This document shows, in pieces, positions 1-10,473 of a stretch of DNA of 64,000 nucleotides. Source of the stretch: an uncultured Chitinophagaceae bacterium (GTDB taxonomy: Bacteria; Bacteroidota; Bacteroidia; Chitinophagales; Chitinophagaceae); the NCBI GenBank assembly GCA_963788795.1, contig CAWBII010000010.1, forward strand, positions 147,754-211,753, given 5' to 3'. Under the pieces are notes generated by a model. The model was not told the origin of the DNA, searched no databases, and was given only the letters and a program-made list of their open reading frames with translations. The translations under genes were made by a program, and so were the position numbers. Within the stretch, counting starts at the first letter, position 1, and each line of letters begins with the position of its first letter.

Positions 1-1
1 T

Positions 2-652
2 GTTGATTACCGGCAACTGTCAACACCCGGTATTGCAAAACTTTCCGGCGCAGGTATTTATTATGGCGCTGCCAATACGGAAACCAGTTCCTGCAAAGGC
101 AAAGATGTATTTATTGTTGGCGGCGGAAATTCTGCCGGGCAGGCTGCCATGTATCTTTCAAAATTCGCCAGGCAGGTAAATATTTTAATAAGAAAAGATA
201 GTTTGTCTTCCACTATGTCTTCTTATTTAATTGACCAGATTAAAAGCGTAGAGAATATTTCTGTTTGCGCCTATCGCGAAGTAATTGAAGCCAAAGGCAA
301 TGAAAGATTAGAACAACTGGTAATTAAAAATGTTAATACAGGCGAAACCTACACAGAAGATGCGGGAGCGCTCTATATATTTATTGGCGCAAAACCATTT
401 ACTGACTGGCTGGACGAAACAATTATAACAAACGATAAAGGTTTTATAGAAACCGGCCGCGATTTACAACACTATGATAATTTTCAAAAAAAGTGGAAGC
501 TTGAACGGGATCCTTATTTGCTGGAAACAAGCTCTCCCGGAATTTTTGCAGCAGGCGATGTACGGGCCGGAGCCATGAACCGTGTTGCATCGGCAGTTGG
601 AGAAGGCTCCATGGCAATTAGTTTTGTACATAAGTTCCTGGCTGAAGTTTAA
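2..652 (+). CDS. Thioredoxin reductase-like FAD-dependent oxidoreductase (5' partial)
   Basis: Frame is open from base 2 (VDYRQLSTPG...GAGIYYGAA...VFIVGGGNSAGQAA) and has the C-terminal ETSSPGIFAAGDVR...VASAVGEG motifs of TrxB-like proteins. Confidence 0.85.
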   Translation, partial: VDYRQLSTPGIAKLSGAGIYYGAANTETSSCKGKDVFIVGGGNSAGQAAMYLSKFARQVNILIRKDSLSSTMSSYLIDQIKSVENISVCAYREVIEAKGNERLEQLVIKNVNTGETYTEDAGALYIFIGAKPFTDWLDETIITNDKGFIETGRDLQHYDNFQKKWKLERDPYLLETSSPGIFAAGDVRAGAMNRVASAVGEGSMAISFVHKFLAEV

Positions 653-763
653 AGTGTTTTACTGTTACTGCAAGTGTTGCTAACGGTAAAGGCTATGCGA
701 TAAATGCAGCAACATGAAATTTTTATGCCGGGATTGATAAGAAGATTGAACAGTTGTTATTTA

Positions 764-801
764 AAAAAAAGTTTCGCTATGTGGTCAACAGCGAAACTTT
801 T
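764..801. terminator. Bidirectional intrinsic terminator
   Basis: AAAAAGTTTCGCT-loop-AGCGAAACTTTT hairpin between convergent genes. Confidence 0.7.
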
Positions 802-823
802 CCAAATACTTTTAATCGGTTAA

Positions 824-1201
824 TCAATAGAAAAATTGCTCTTTGGTAATTTTTCCATCTTTTACTTCATAAACGGCAATTTCATCCATTTTCATGCGTC
901 CCTGGCCTTTCATTGTTACGTCCATCCCCATTGCTATAGCAAAGTGGTTTCCGGCAACCTGTGGTTCGCCCGAATAACCGCCATGCATTTCTTCAACCAT
1001 TTCTCCAAATTGTTTGCCTTTTTCTTTAATTGCTTCCATTCCTTCCGCTGTTTTCATTCCCGGAGAATTTTCCGGCTCAATACTCACTGCATTTTCCGCG
1101 TACAACTCATCATGTATTTGATTCCATTGCCCGGATTGTGCTAACTCATTAAAACGATTTGCGACATCCGCTGTTGTCATAACTGCATCCATTGTTGCCA
1201 T
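824..1201 (-). CDS. SnoaL-like / NTF2-family protein
   Basis: 125 aa with LYAENAVSIEP and EIAVYEVKDGKITKEQFFY, typical of the family. Confidence 0.8.
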   Translation of the reverse strand: MATMDAVMTTADVANRFNELAQSGQWNQIHDELYAENAVSIEPENSPGMKTAEGMEAIKEKGKQFGEMVEEMHGGYSGEPQVAGNHFAIAMGMDVTMKGQGRMKMDEIAVYEVKDGKITKEQFFY

Positions 1202-1299
1202 AAAATAAAATTTTAGGTGAAAAATTAATTAGAAAAGTTACGCCATTTTTCAAATGAGTTAAATTAATTTACTATGAAATTTTAAAAATATCGCTGGCC

Positions 1300-2058
1300 T
1301 TAAAACATTGCCTCAAATGATCTTGTATTCAATATTTCTTTTGCTGTTTTTTCCATGTTATTATAGGTTGACCTGTATAAGAAAACAGCCATGCTTATAC
1401 GTTTTACGCCGCAATCTTCCAAAGCTTTAACTGAAATGGCAGGTGTTGAAACTACATTTACGGGTAAGGTAGTTGACGATACAATTTTTTTAATTACATC
1501 CGCATCATTTATTCCGGGTATAAACAAACCATTGGCTCCTGCTTCTCCGTAAAGCTTTGCCCGCTCAATGATGGTTTCTACCGGTGATGGTAATTTTTGC
1601 AGAAACACATCCGTTCTTGCATTGATAAAAATTTGCTGACTGGTATTTTTCAGATAAGCTGCAATGCTGTTTAGTTTTTTAAGGTAAACATCCACACCTT
1701 GCGCATCCTCAATGTTTATTCCACTCACACCTGCATCAATCAATTCCTGTATGTGCTCATTCAACAAAGACAGATCATTTGTATAACCTCTTTCCAAATC
1801 AACGGATAAAGGGATAGAAATAGCAGACCTGATTCTTTTTATAATATACAGCAGTTCGGCAAATGGTATTTGCTCGCCATCTTTATAACCCAGTGAGTCG
1901 GCGATAGCGCCGCTTGATGTGGCCATTGCATTAAAACCGCTTGCTTCAATAATTTGAGCACTCTTTACATTCCAAACATTGGCCAGTATTAATGGTTTGG
2001 ATTGATGATGCAGCTTACGAAATATTTCAAAATTTTGATTAACCTGTTGTGTTAGCAT
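1300..2058 (-). CDS. Isocitrate lyase/PEP mutase family protein
   Basis: LANVWNVKSA, ATSSGAIADSLGYKDGE, SVDLERGY, GINIED, FINARTD motifs. Confidence 0.88.
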   Translation of the reverse strand: MLTQQVNQNFEIFRKLHHQSKPLILANVWNVKSAQIIEASGFNAMATSSGAIADSLGYKDGEQIPFAELLYIIKRIRSAISIPLSVDLERGYTNDLSLLNEHIQELIDAGVSGINIEDAQGVDVYLKKLNSIAAYLKNTSQQIFINARTDVFLQKLPSPVETIIERAKLYGEAGANGLFIPGINDADVIKKIVSSTTLPVNVVSTPAISVKALEDCGVKRISMAVFLYRSTYNNMEKTAKEILNTRSFEAMF

Positions 2059-2203
2059 AAAAAATTTTTTATGCTCAAAGCTACGTTCGATGTTTGCAAC
2101 TAAACGGGTGTAAAACCGACAATATAGAGGTTAATTAAGACATATCTGCGACTTTATATATAAGCAAGGGAACGCAGTAAATGCAAGGGTATTGCCAAAT
2201 TTT

Positions 2204-3082
2204 TTATCCAAGGAATGCCATATCTTCTTCGCTCAGTTCAATATCAGCCGCAGCAATATTTTCCTTAAGATGGCTTAATGAAGCAGTGCCGGGTATTGGC
2301 AGCAGCCATGGTGAATGGTGCAGCAGCCACGCAATATTTACCTGTGTAGTGCTCACATTATATTTAGAGGCAATTTGCTCAATCCCCTTATCTTTTTTAG
2401 GCGCAGATAAATAAAGAGAGAAATAAGGAATTAATGGTATCTCATTTTTTTCACAAATAGTCAGCACTTCTTCGCCACCCCTGTTTTCACCCATGTGGTT
2501 TTTGAGGGTAGTACGTTGCGCATGGCCATACATATTTTCAACAGTAGCTACTTCGCCCATCCTCATGGCAGCTTCCAATTCTTCAGGCGTTACATTACTT
2601 ACGCCTATATGCAAAATTTTACCTTCGCGCTGCATGGTGTACATAGCCTCCATAGATTTTTCAAAATTTGCATCACCGTGTATCACCCTGAAATGCACGA
2701 TCGCTATTTGTTCCAGCTTAAGTGTACGAAGATTATTCTCAATACTTGTTCTTAAATTTCCAGGAGTATTAAATGGTATCCAGCTTTTATCAGGCTTGCG
2801 TGCCCCGCCAACTTTTGTGCATATCACCAGGTCATCATTATAGGGGTACAATGCTTCTGCTATTAAACGGTTGGTAACATCTTCACCATAATAGTCGGCT
2901 GTATCAATAAAATTAATCCCGCTCTCAACAGCGGTTTGCAATATTTTTAAAGCGCCGGGCCTGTCTTTTGGTTCGCCATAAATTCCTTCGCCTGTAAGTC
3001 GCATGGTTCCATATCCTAAACGGTTAACATGCAAAGGATGACTCGTTCTGGCGGCAATATATATATCTTTTGAAACTGGCAT
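2204..3082 (-). CDS. Aldo/keto reductase
   Basis: RLGYGTMRL, FIDTADYYG, HIGVSN, LPIPGT motifs. Confidence 0.9.
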   Translation of the reverse strand: MPVSKDIYIAARTSHPLHVNRLGYGTMRLTGEGIYGEPKDRPGALKILQTAVESGINFIDTADYYGEDVTNRLIAEALYPYNDDLVICTKVGGARKPDKSWIPFNTPGNLRTSIENNLRTLKLEQIAIVHFRVIHGDANFEKSMEAMYTMQREGKILHIGVSNVTPEELEAAMRMGEVATVENMYGHAQRTTLKNHMGENRGGEEVLTICEKNEIPLIPYFSLYLSAPKKDKGIEQIASKYNVSTTQVNIAWLLHHSPWLLPIPGTASLSHLKENIAAADIELSEEDMAFLG

Positions 3083-3158
3083 TGTATAGTTTTTTTAAAT
3101 AGAACAGTTAAGGGGAAGAAAAGTTTAAAGCCCCTGCTGATGTTGGCGGAGACGTCAA

Positions 3159-6100
3159 CTATCTGAAATTTCTTCCTCCTGGAAATACTTTTTCATTACC
3201 ACCTTCTCTTACCTGTGATCTTTTATTTTGTGCATGTGTAGGAATAGATATTTCATCGGGCCTTGCCAAGGTCAGTACCGGAACATTCTCATCCCTGGAA
3301 GGTGTGAGATGACTGAGTAATTTTGATATATCATAACAGCGTTTCACAATCACATGAATTACTTCTCCTTCAATTTGTAATTTTCCTTCAGCCATCATCA
3401 ATTTTGATTGAAGAATTTCCTTTCTGAATGTTTCAAAGAGGTTGGCAAATATTACCAGGTTGGCAACTCCTGTCTCATCTTCGATTGTCATAAAGCAAAT
3501 GCCACCGGCTGTTCCCGGCCTTTGCCTTACCAGTACCAATCCTGCTACTTTCACGGAATCCCCATCCCTGCCATTACTCAACTGTTGGGTTGAAAGAATA
3601 TGCAGCCTGCCCAGTTCCTGCCTGATAAAACTTACGGGGTGTGCTTTTAATGAAAATGCAGTGGCTGCATAATCATGCACCACATGCTCTGAGAGGTTCA
3701 TAACGGGAAGGGTTATACGCTCTGCAGCAGCATCAGGTGATGGGTGGCCTGCGAATATTGCCTGAGGAGTATCTTTTACAGATACTTCCCACAATGCCTG
3801 CCTGCGATCAAGGCCAATCGAACGGAATGCGTCTGCATCCGCAAGTTTTTCCAATGTAACTCCACTAATGCCTGTATCACGCAATTCACTGATGTTTTTA
3901 TAAGATTTATTTCTCCCCGTTACCAGTATATCTATATCTTCTTCACTGATGTTTTTTACCTGTCTGAATCCAAGCCGTACTGCATAATATTTTCCTTCTT
4001 TTTCTTCAATGGTATTTTGCCAAAATGAATAATTAATATCAACAGGTTTTATTACTACCTCATGTTTTTTTGCGTCGCTTATAAGCTGTGCAGGTTGATA
4101 AAATCCCATAGGCTGACTGTTCAGTAAGCCGCAAAGAAAGATTTCAGGATAATGACATTTCAGCCAGGCTGAAACATATACCAGCAACGCAAAACTTGCC
4201 GCATGGCTTTCAGGAAATCCATAGCTCCCAAAGCCTTCCAGTTGTTTAAATACTCTTTCTGCATATTCCTCCGTATAGCCATTTTTCAACATGCCTTTTA
4301 CCAGCTTTTCATGAAATTGGCTAACGAGGCCTTTAGCTTTAAAAGTAGCCATGCTTCTCCTGAGTCCATCGGCTTCCGCGGGGGTAAAGCCAGCGGCTAC
4401 AATAGCAATTTTCATAGCTTGCTCCTGGAAAAGCGGTACTCCTAATGTTCTCTTTAAAATTTCTTCAAGCTCTTTGGAAGGAAATGTAACTTCTTCTTTG
4501 CCATTGCGCCTGCGCAGGTACGGATGTACCATATCTCCCTGTATTGGCCCTGGCCTTACAATGGCTACCTCAATTACCAAATCATAAAAACATCTCGGCT
4601 TTAGACGCGGCAGCATGCTTTGCTGTGCCCTGCTTTCTATTTGGAAAACGCCAATAGTATCTGCCTTGCATATCATATCATAAACTGCAGTGTCATCTTC
4701 CGGAATATTGGCAAGCGTTAAGTGTAAGCCATAGTGTTCTTTCGCAAGCTCAAAACATTTACGAATGCAGGTAAGCATGCCGAGTGCCAGAACATCTACT
4801 TTCATAAAGCCCAGTGTATCTATATCATCTTTGTTCCATTCAATACAGGTTCTGTCAACCATTCGGGCATTCAGTATCGGGCACAGGTCCGACAGCTTAT
4901 CTCTCGTAATTACAAAGCCTCCCGTGTGCTGGCCAAGTTGTCGCGGAAAGCCCATGAACTCACGGGTAAGCTGCAATATTTTTTTTAAATATTCATCTTC
5001 TGAACTAAATCCCTGTTCGGTTAATCTTTTGCCCTCAAACCATTCATCGGTAAACTCCCATATAGCTTCTGACAGTTTATTGATGGCATCTGTTGATAAT
5101 CCCATTGCCTTTCCTACATCCCGTATAGAACCCTTCTGTGCCTGTTGGGTAACAGTTGCAACGATAGCGGCCCTGTCTCTTCCATATTTTTGAAATACAT
5201 ATTGCATTACTTCTTCCCTTCGCTCATGCTCAAAGTCCACATCAATGTCTGGTGGCTCGTTACGGGCAGATGAAATAAATCTTTCAAACAGCAAATCAAA
5301 TTTGGTAGGATCAACAGACGTAATGCCAAGGCAATAGCATACGGTTGAATTTGCTGCTGAGCCTCTTCCCTGGCACAATATCTTTTGTTCTCTTGCAAAG
5401 CGCACAATATCATACACCGTAAGAAAATAAGAAGCATAGTTCATTTGCTCTATAAAAGTGAGCTCATGATTGATGGCAGCAATCGTTTTCCCAGGCAAAG
5501 GATTTCCAAATCTTTCTATAGCTCCTTTCCAGGCGAGATGGGCTAATTCTTCCTGGGGCGTCCGGCCTTCCGAAGTGATTTCTTGTGGATACTGGTATTT
5601 CAATTCTTCCAGGGAAAACAGGCAGGCAGCTTCTATTTCCTGCGTTTTCATAATCGCATCAGGGTATTGACGGAAGAGGCGTATCATTTCATCTTTTGAT
5701 TTTAAAAATCTTTCTGCATTGGGATGCAATTTATAACCCGCTGTTGCTATGGTGCATTTTTCACGGATGCAGGTTACTATATCCTGCAATTGCCTTCTGC
5801 CGGGCTCATGGTAATGCACATCGTTGGTTGCTACAAGCGGAATATTGTGTAACAGGGATAATTGGGAAAGCCTGTACAGGTATTTGGCATCATCTCCGCT
5901 GTAACGGTGCGATGCTGCGATATATAGCCGGTTATCAAAAGCACTTTTATATTCCTCTAATTGTTGCTCAAATGATACTTCAAAATCAAACCGCAGGTTT
6001 AATACTGCCGGTGGTATTACAATAAGCCTGCAGTTCTGCGTATATGCGTATACGTCAGCTTTGTATAAATCGCATTTGCCTTTTTCTGTTCTCCTGTTGC

Positions 6101-6383
6101 CCAGTGTAAGCAGGTTACATAATTTAGAATAGCCATTGATGTTAGCAGGATATGCCAGAAGGCTGGGGCCATCTAATAAATCAAGACGGCAGCCAACTAT
6201 AATTTGTATGCCTGCTTTTTTAGCAGCTGCATGTGCCCGCACAATGCCGGCAAAACTGTTTCTATCGGTAAAGGCTATGCGCTGATATCCCAATGCTGCT
6301 GCCTGCATGATCAATTCATCCGGGTGAGAAGCGCCGCGGAGAAAACTAAAGTTGGTGGTTACCTGTAATTCTGTGTAGTTCAT
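3159..6383 (-). CDS. dnaE2: Error-prone DNA polymerase DnaE2 (ImuC)
   Basis: PHP domain (NFSFLRGASHPDEL), GRGSAANS, EPPDIDVDFEH, YGFPESHAASFA, C-terminal GRNFR; follows imuB. Confidence 0.95.
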   Translation of the reverse strand: MNYTELQVTTNFSFLRGASHPDELIMQAAALGYQRIAFTDRNSFAGIVRAHAAAKKAGIQIIVGCRLDLLDGPSLLAYPANINGYSKLCNLLTLGNRRTEKGKCDLYKADVYAYTQNCRLIVIPPAVLNLRFDFEVSFEQQLEEYKSAFDNRLYIAASHRYSGDDAKYLYRLSQLSLLHNIPLVATNDVHYHEPGRRQLQDIVTCIREKCTIATAGYKLHPNAERFLKSKDEMIRLFRQYPDAIMKTQEIEAACLFSLEELKYQYPQEITSEGRTPQEELAHLAWKGAIERFGNPLPGKTIAAINHELTFIEQMNYASYFLTVYDIVRFAREQKILCQGRGSAANSTVCYCLGITSVDPTKFDLLFERFISSARNEPPDIDVDFEHERREEVMQYVFQKYGRDRAAIVATVTQQAQKGSIRDVGKAMGLSTDAINKLSEAIWEFTDEWFEGKRLTEQGFSSEDEYLKKILQLTREFMGFPRQLGQHTGGFVITRDKLSDLCPILNARMVDRTCIEWNKDDIDTLGFMKVDVLALGMLTCIRKCFELAKEHYGLHLTLANIPEDDTAVYDMICKADTIGVFQIESRAQQSMLPRLKPRCFYDLVIEVAIVRPGPIQGDMVHPYLRRRNGKEEVTFPSKELEEILKRTLGVPLFQEQAMKIAIVAAGFTPAEADGLRRSMATFKAKGLVSQFHEKLVKGMLKNGYTEEYAERVFKQLEGFGSYGFPESHAASFALLVYVSAWLKCHYPEIFLCGLLNSQPMGFYQPAQLISDAKKHEVVIKPVDINYSFWQNTIEEKEGKYYAVRLGFRQVKNISEEDIDILVTGRNKSYKNISELRDTGISGVTLEKLADADAFRSIGLDRRQALWEVSVKDTPQAIFAGHPSPDAAAERITLPVMNLSEHVVHDYAATAFSLKAHPVSFIRQELGRLHILSTQQLSNGRDGDSVKVAGLVLVRQRPGTAGGICFMTIEDETGVANLVIFANLFETFRKEILQSKLMMAEGKLQIEGEVIHVIVKRCYDISKLLSHLTPSRDENVPVLTLARPDEISIPTHAQNKRSQVREGGNEKVFPGGRNFR

Positions 6384-6395
6384 AAGTCTCTCCAT

Positions 6396-7892
6396 TTATG
6401 CAAACAAGCCGTGAATAAACCATTGATATGTTCGCTCCGCATCATAATGTCCCAAGCGGAAAAGCCAATACCGGCCGCCTGCCTCATCTTCTACTGTATA
6501 GTAATCGCGGTGCCGTCCCTGCTTCAGCCACCATTCCTGCTCAATACGTTCGGGGCCGTCAGCTTTTATTATCTTATGCAATACGCCTTTGTGGCGAAAG
6601 GTCATTGGAGGGTAGTCTGGTATCGGCGCCGTTACTTCTATCGCCTGCGGCTCAATAAAAACTTTTAAAGGACGCATGGCATGCTTCCATTCGGTAGCAG
6701 CTTTTTCATCAAGCGATACAGTTTCTTTAAATGATCGTTCCGGCCAATAATGCTCAGCAGGCAGGTAGCGATGTATATGCCCGCTTCCTGTTTTTACCCC
6801 GATCCTGTCCAGCAGTTCAGCAATAGCGGTATCAGTGAGGTTGCCTCCTCCTTTCCATAGCTCCGACTGTAATGGCGAAACATCTTCTACCTTTTTTGCT
6901 TCCATTATAAATAATTCTATTCCCAATGCAGGTTCTATGGTTTCGATCTTTGTTTCAAACAATTTAAATAAATGAATTTTATTACAGGAAGCCCTGCTGG
7001 TTCCTATAGTAACCTGTTGCATTTTATTATCCGTTTTATACATGGTTAGCACTGCTGTCCGCAATCCTTTCCCTTCTTTTTGTAAACGGGTGCAAAGGCA
7101 ATCCAGCAATTGCTGTAAGGCTATTTCAATTCCTGCTGCAGTAACGATGGGTTCAAGGCAAGGAAGCCTTTCCACAAAAGGTGCGGCAGGTACTACAGCT
7201 TGTAAAGGTTCAGTTTTTGTACCAAGCGCTTCATCCATCCTGCTTAGTAATTGCGGGCCAAAACGCCTTCGCAGTGCGGATCGCTGCATGCCCATAAAAG
7301 AACCTACTGTTCCAAGCCCCAGTTTTGCGAGTTTTTGTGCCGTTTCCTCATCCAGCCGTAAAGCTTCAGGAGGCAATGACTGCAAAGTCTCATATTCTTT
7401 GCCCGGGATAATGATAGGTTGATTTGTGAAACGTGCCGCAGCCCAGGCGGCACCGATACTACCGGCGGCGGATATACGAATATCATATCCGAGTGCCTTA
7501 ATCCGGTTACCCATGGCAGTTAGGTAAGCTTCTTCACCTCCCCACAAATGGGCACAACCGGTAGTATGTAATATTAAGCCGCCAGGCAAATCTATCGCTA
7601 CTTCGGGTGCAAACCTTATACACCATTCTGCGAGCCCTTTCAGCAGTTTTGCAGGAAGACCTTCCTGGGTTTCCAAAACCTGCAGGCCGGGGAAAATTGC
7701 CCTTGCATCTGCAACTACCATTCCCGAAAAAATGCCTTTTTCAGTTGCCAGCTGATTGGCAGCTGTTACCAGCATGCGCCCGTGATCAGGCGCAGCGAGC
7801 ACAAAGGGAATAGTTTTTAAGGCAGGGTTACGCCTGCAACACCAGTCAGTAGTAAGATAACGAAACCATATACTTACCCATCTCTGTTCCAT
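6396..7892 (-). CDS. imuB: Y-family polymerase-like ImuB
   Basis: GMVVADARA, TGCAHLWGGE, GPERIEQEWW, RDYYTVEDEAGGRYWLFR. Confidence 0.92.
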   Translation of the reverse strand: MEQRWVSIWFRYLTTDWCCRRNPALKTIPFVLAAPDHGRMLVTAANQLATEKGIFSGMVVADARAIFPGLQVLETQEGLPAKLLKGLAEWCIRFAPEVAIDLPGGLILHTTGCAHLWGGEEAYLTAMGNRIKALGYDIRISAAGSIGAAWAAARFTNQPIIIPGKEYETLQSLPPEALRLDEETAQKLAKLGLGTVGSFMGMQRSALRRRFGPQLLSRMDEALGTKTEPLQAVVPAAPFVERLPCLEPIVTAAGIEIALQQLLDCLCTRLQKEGKGLRTAVLTMYKTDNKMQQVTIGTSRASCNKIHLFKLFETKIETIEPALGIELFIMEAKKVEDVSPLQSELWKGGGNLTDTAIAELLDRIGVKTGSGHIHRYLPAEHYWPERSFKETVSLDEKAATEWKHAMRPLKVFIEPQAIEVTAPIPDYPPMTFRHKGVLHKIIKADGPERIEQEWWLKQGRHRDYYTVEDEAGGRYWLFRLGHYDAERTYQWFIHGLFA

Positions 7893-8617
7893 TAGCCTGT
7901 TTTTACTTTTATGATCTGTGGCAGTACGGGTATTTTTTCAGCCGTGTAAAACCGGCCTTCTTTAAATGCCAGTTGCCATTTACCGGGCTTCCCATTCCTT
8001 ACTTTCAAGAGTTCCACATTCCATTTAGGAAAGCCCACGCCCGGCATATCTTCCGATTCGCCGGGAAGTGAAATAACCTGCCAGCGGGCTATACACGCAT
8101 TGGCCTGCATTGTTTTTGGGTGATGCCTAAGTACAAAACCGGTTACCCGGCTTTTTTCTACAGCCAGTTGGAAGCGCCTGGAATGGGTAAAGTTCATCTC
8201 AGGAATTTCACCCACTACGGCAGCCAGCGATTCGCATTTGAGTGCTTCCTCCATAGCCCACAGCATTTCTTTTTCTTTCCTCAGGTGAATAAATATTACA
8301 GATTCCGGTACAATACCGAATGACTGGAGTGCAGGAGGAAAAATGGTACTGTAAGAACTTATCCAGATGCAAACGCCACCTTCTTTCATCAGCGGGCCGA
8401 GAATACCGGATATAAAACCTCCCGTGGCTGCGGACGCCTCAGCAGAATAAGAAATAAATTCATGGATAGCTCCTGTAGGAAAAGTATGGTAAGGGAAAGC
8501 CTTCAAGACTGGTCCAAGGCCGGTTTCAACTCTATTTTGTACAGGTATGGCATAACCCTGTAGGGGAAGAATATCCTTTTGGAGTTGCGAAATAATATCG
8601 GCCCTTGTAGCTATCAT
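7892..8617 (-). CDS. imuA: ImuA (RecA/SulA-like error-prone repair protein)
   Basis: GAIHEF, LWAMEEALKC, SRRFQLAVE motifs; first gene of the imuA-imuB-dnaE2 operon. Confidence 0.9.
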   Translation of the reverse strand: MIATRADIISQLQKDILPLQGYAIPVQNRVETGLGPVLKAFPYHTFPTGAIHEFISYSAEASAATGGFISGILGPLMKEGGVCIWISSYSTIFPPALQSFGIVPESVIFIHLRKEKEMLWAMEEALKCESLAAVVGEIPEMNFTHSRRFQLAVEKSRVTGFVLRHHPKTMQANACIARWQVISLPGESEDMPGVGFPKWNVELLKVRNGKPGKWQLAFKEGRFYTAEKIPVLPQIIKVKTG

Positions 8618-8632
8618 GCACTGGCAATATTA

Positions 8633-8676
8633 CTAAATAATTTAGTTTTATTCAAAAAGTATACTAATTTATTTAG
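8633..8676. promoter_or_regulatory. Two tandem CTAA-N5-TTAG palindromes, putative SOS (non-canonical LexA) boxes
   Basis: CTAAATAATTTAG at 8633-8645 and CTAATTTATTTAG at 8664-8676, 16-59 bp upstream of imuA. Confidence 0.75.
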
Positions 8677-8858
8677 ACGAGGTTTATTCAGCTGAAAAGT
8701 TTGAGAATAATTGTATTAAGCGCCAGGGCTGTTGCAATGCAAACGTCAGCAGTTTATGAATTGCTTTATCTGTCATAGCTTGTAGCGTGTTGGTACCAGG
8801 TAGCAGTTAGGTATGTTTCAAAAGTATATAAAAAAATTCCGTTGCTCCGGCTATTACT

Positions 8859-9308
8859 CTACACTACATCAAGAAGACGCCGGTGATAATTTATTTGTCC
8901 CAGGTGATAGGCAAGGTGTGCTGAAAGATGCACTAAAAAATATTCTGTGCTCACCACTTTCCCAAGTACTACAGTTGGGTAATTTTTTTGCAAATCATCT
9001 TCGCTTAATTTCTCTAAAGCATTTTTAACAACAATAATGGTGTTCTCTACTTTTTCAATCAACTCAGCCCTGGGAATATTTTTTTGTGAAAATTCCAAAT
9101 CCCTATTTCTGACATAATCTGTTCCGCCAAGTTCCTTACCTATAAATGCATTAAGATTTCCTACGAGATGAAGACATAAATTTCCGGCAGAATTCGGTAT
9201 CTGCTTATCAACTGCCCAGATTTTATTTTCAGCCTGGTACTGTTCAATTTCCAGCTTTAATTTTTTTAGATCTCTTTCAAAAATTAAATTTAAAACTTCT
9301 GTCAGCAT
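8859..9308 (-). CDS. DinB/DUF1572 family protein
   Basis: NSAGNLCLHLVGNL, RNRDLEF, HLAYHLGQINYHRR. Confidence 0.88.
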   Translation of the reverse strand: MLTEVLNLIFERDLKKLKLEIEQYQAENKIWAVDKQIPNSAGNLCLHLVGNLNAFIGKELGGTDYVRNRDLEFSQKNIPRAELIEKVENTIIVVKNALEKLSEDDLQKNYPTVVLGKVVSTEYFLVHLSAHLAYHLGQINYHRRLLDVV

Positions 9309-9577
9309 TTTATTAGTTTATAAATATTGAAATATTTTCAGTGATAAAGGTAATTACACCCGCTTTCGAAACAAAGTAAAATTAATTTAGGAATATCAGT
9401 GAAAACCTAACAGGAAGGAGTGTTACACATACTTTTTCAGGCATTGGTCTTCCGAAAATAATTACACATCTCAGGAAAGCCACATGCTGCCGTTATATAC
9501 TCCTGATCCTTGAAGTCTCTTTTAGTTTTTATAGTGCTTTAATTTTGAAAGGAGAAACGCCAACGCTGGCATAAAAT

Positions 9578-9680
9578 TATTTGTTTTCTTTTCATCTATA
9601 TAACGGGTAAGGTTAATCGCAATTGAAAGACACATAATAGTTAAATTTTTTTTATTGATAGCCCAAGGATGCTGCGCCAT
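9578..9680 (+). repeat. Repeat family C copy (TTTGTTTT..TTTCATCTATATAACGGGTAAGGTTAATCGCAATTGAAAG...TTTTTTATTGATAG)
   Basis: Direct copies at about 9578, 10184, 12933, 13111 (short) and 14052. Confidence 0.9.
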
Positions 9681-9723
9681 AGGAATTTCTTTTAACGATT
9701 CAGCCTGATTACTTTCATTTCGT

Positions 9724-10065
9724 TTATTTTAAAAAATCTCCATCAATAATTAAAAGCTTAACGCCGTTTAACGAAACAGAACGGTGAGAACTTAAGTTAT
9801 CGGAAACTATGTAAGACATTCCTTTACTTAATGAAACTGCTTCTCCATTTTCAAGTTCACTTTTAAATTCCCCTTCCAAACAATGTACAATATGACCTTT
9901 TTGACACCAATGGTCCGCTAAATATCCTGGAGAATATTCCACTATACGAATCCGCAATTTATCAAATTGAAGTGTTTGCCAAAATGAAGTGCCGGTTTCA
10001 CCTGTATGTTCAGTTTTTTCTATGTTATTCCAATCTATTGCCTGGAATGAAATGTTGTTGCTCAT
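9724..10065 (-). CDS. DHCW-motif cupin fold protein
   Basis: EYSPGYLADHWCQKGHIVHCLEG motif. Confidence 0.88.
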   Translation of the reverse strand: MSNNISFQAIDWNNIEKTEHTGETGTSFWQTLQFDKLRIRIVEYSPGYLADHWCQKGHIVHCLEGEFKSELENGEAVSLSKGMSYIVSDNLSSHRSVSLNGVKLLIIDGDFLK

Positions 10066-10183
10066 TTATTTCGAGTTAGCGTTTAGTTTAGCCGGGTTGA
10101 CCTTCATGAGGTGTCGTTTTTTATCTTCCTCATGTTGGCAAACATCCGCTTATTTCGGGTTATGAATGCTTCTGCGAATGTAA

Positions 10184-10287
10184 TTATTTGTTTTTGTTTC
10201 ATATATATAACGGGTAAGGTTAGTTGCAATTGAAAGCTACATAATATGATTCACTTCTTTTTTATCGATAGCACGGACGCTGCGCCA
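10184..10287 (+). repeat. Repeat family C copy
   Basis: TTATTTGTTTTTGTTTCATATATATAACGGGTAAGGTTAGTTGCAATTGAAAG...GCTGCGCCA. Confidence 0.9.
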
Positions 10288-10473
10288 ATAAAGGAATAAG
10301 TCAGGAATAGTAGTGGGAATTTCTTTTAAAAAATTTTTGAATTTTTAAAAAATGGATTATTTTAGAAATAATTTTATTTCTTTCTCCTCAAGAAACTCGA
10401 CCCAAAGCTACCGCTCCAATTAGCTAATCTTTGTCACGCCCTTCAAGAATTATTTATCATTTATAAAAATAAT

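Noticed and set aside
3408-8323. Plus-strand ORFs overlapping dnaE2, imuB and imuA
   Set aside because: Antisense shadow ORFs of well-supported genes
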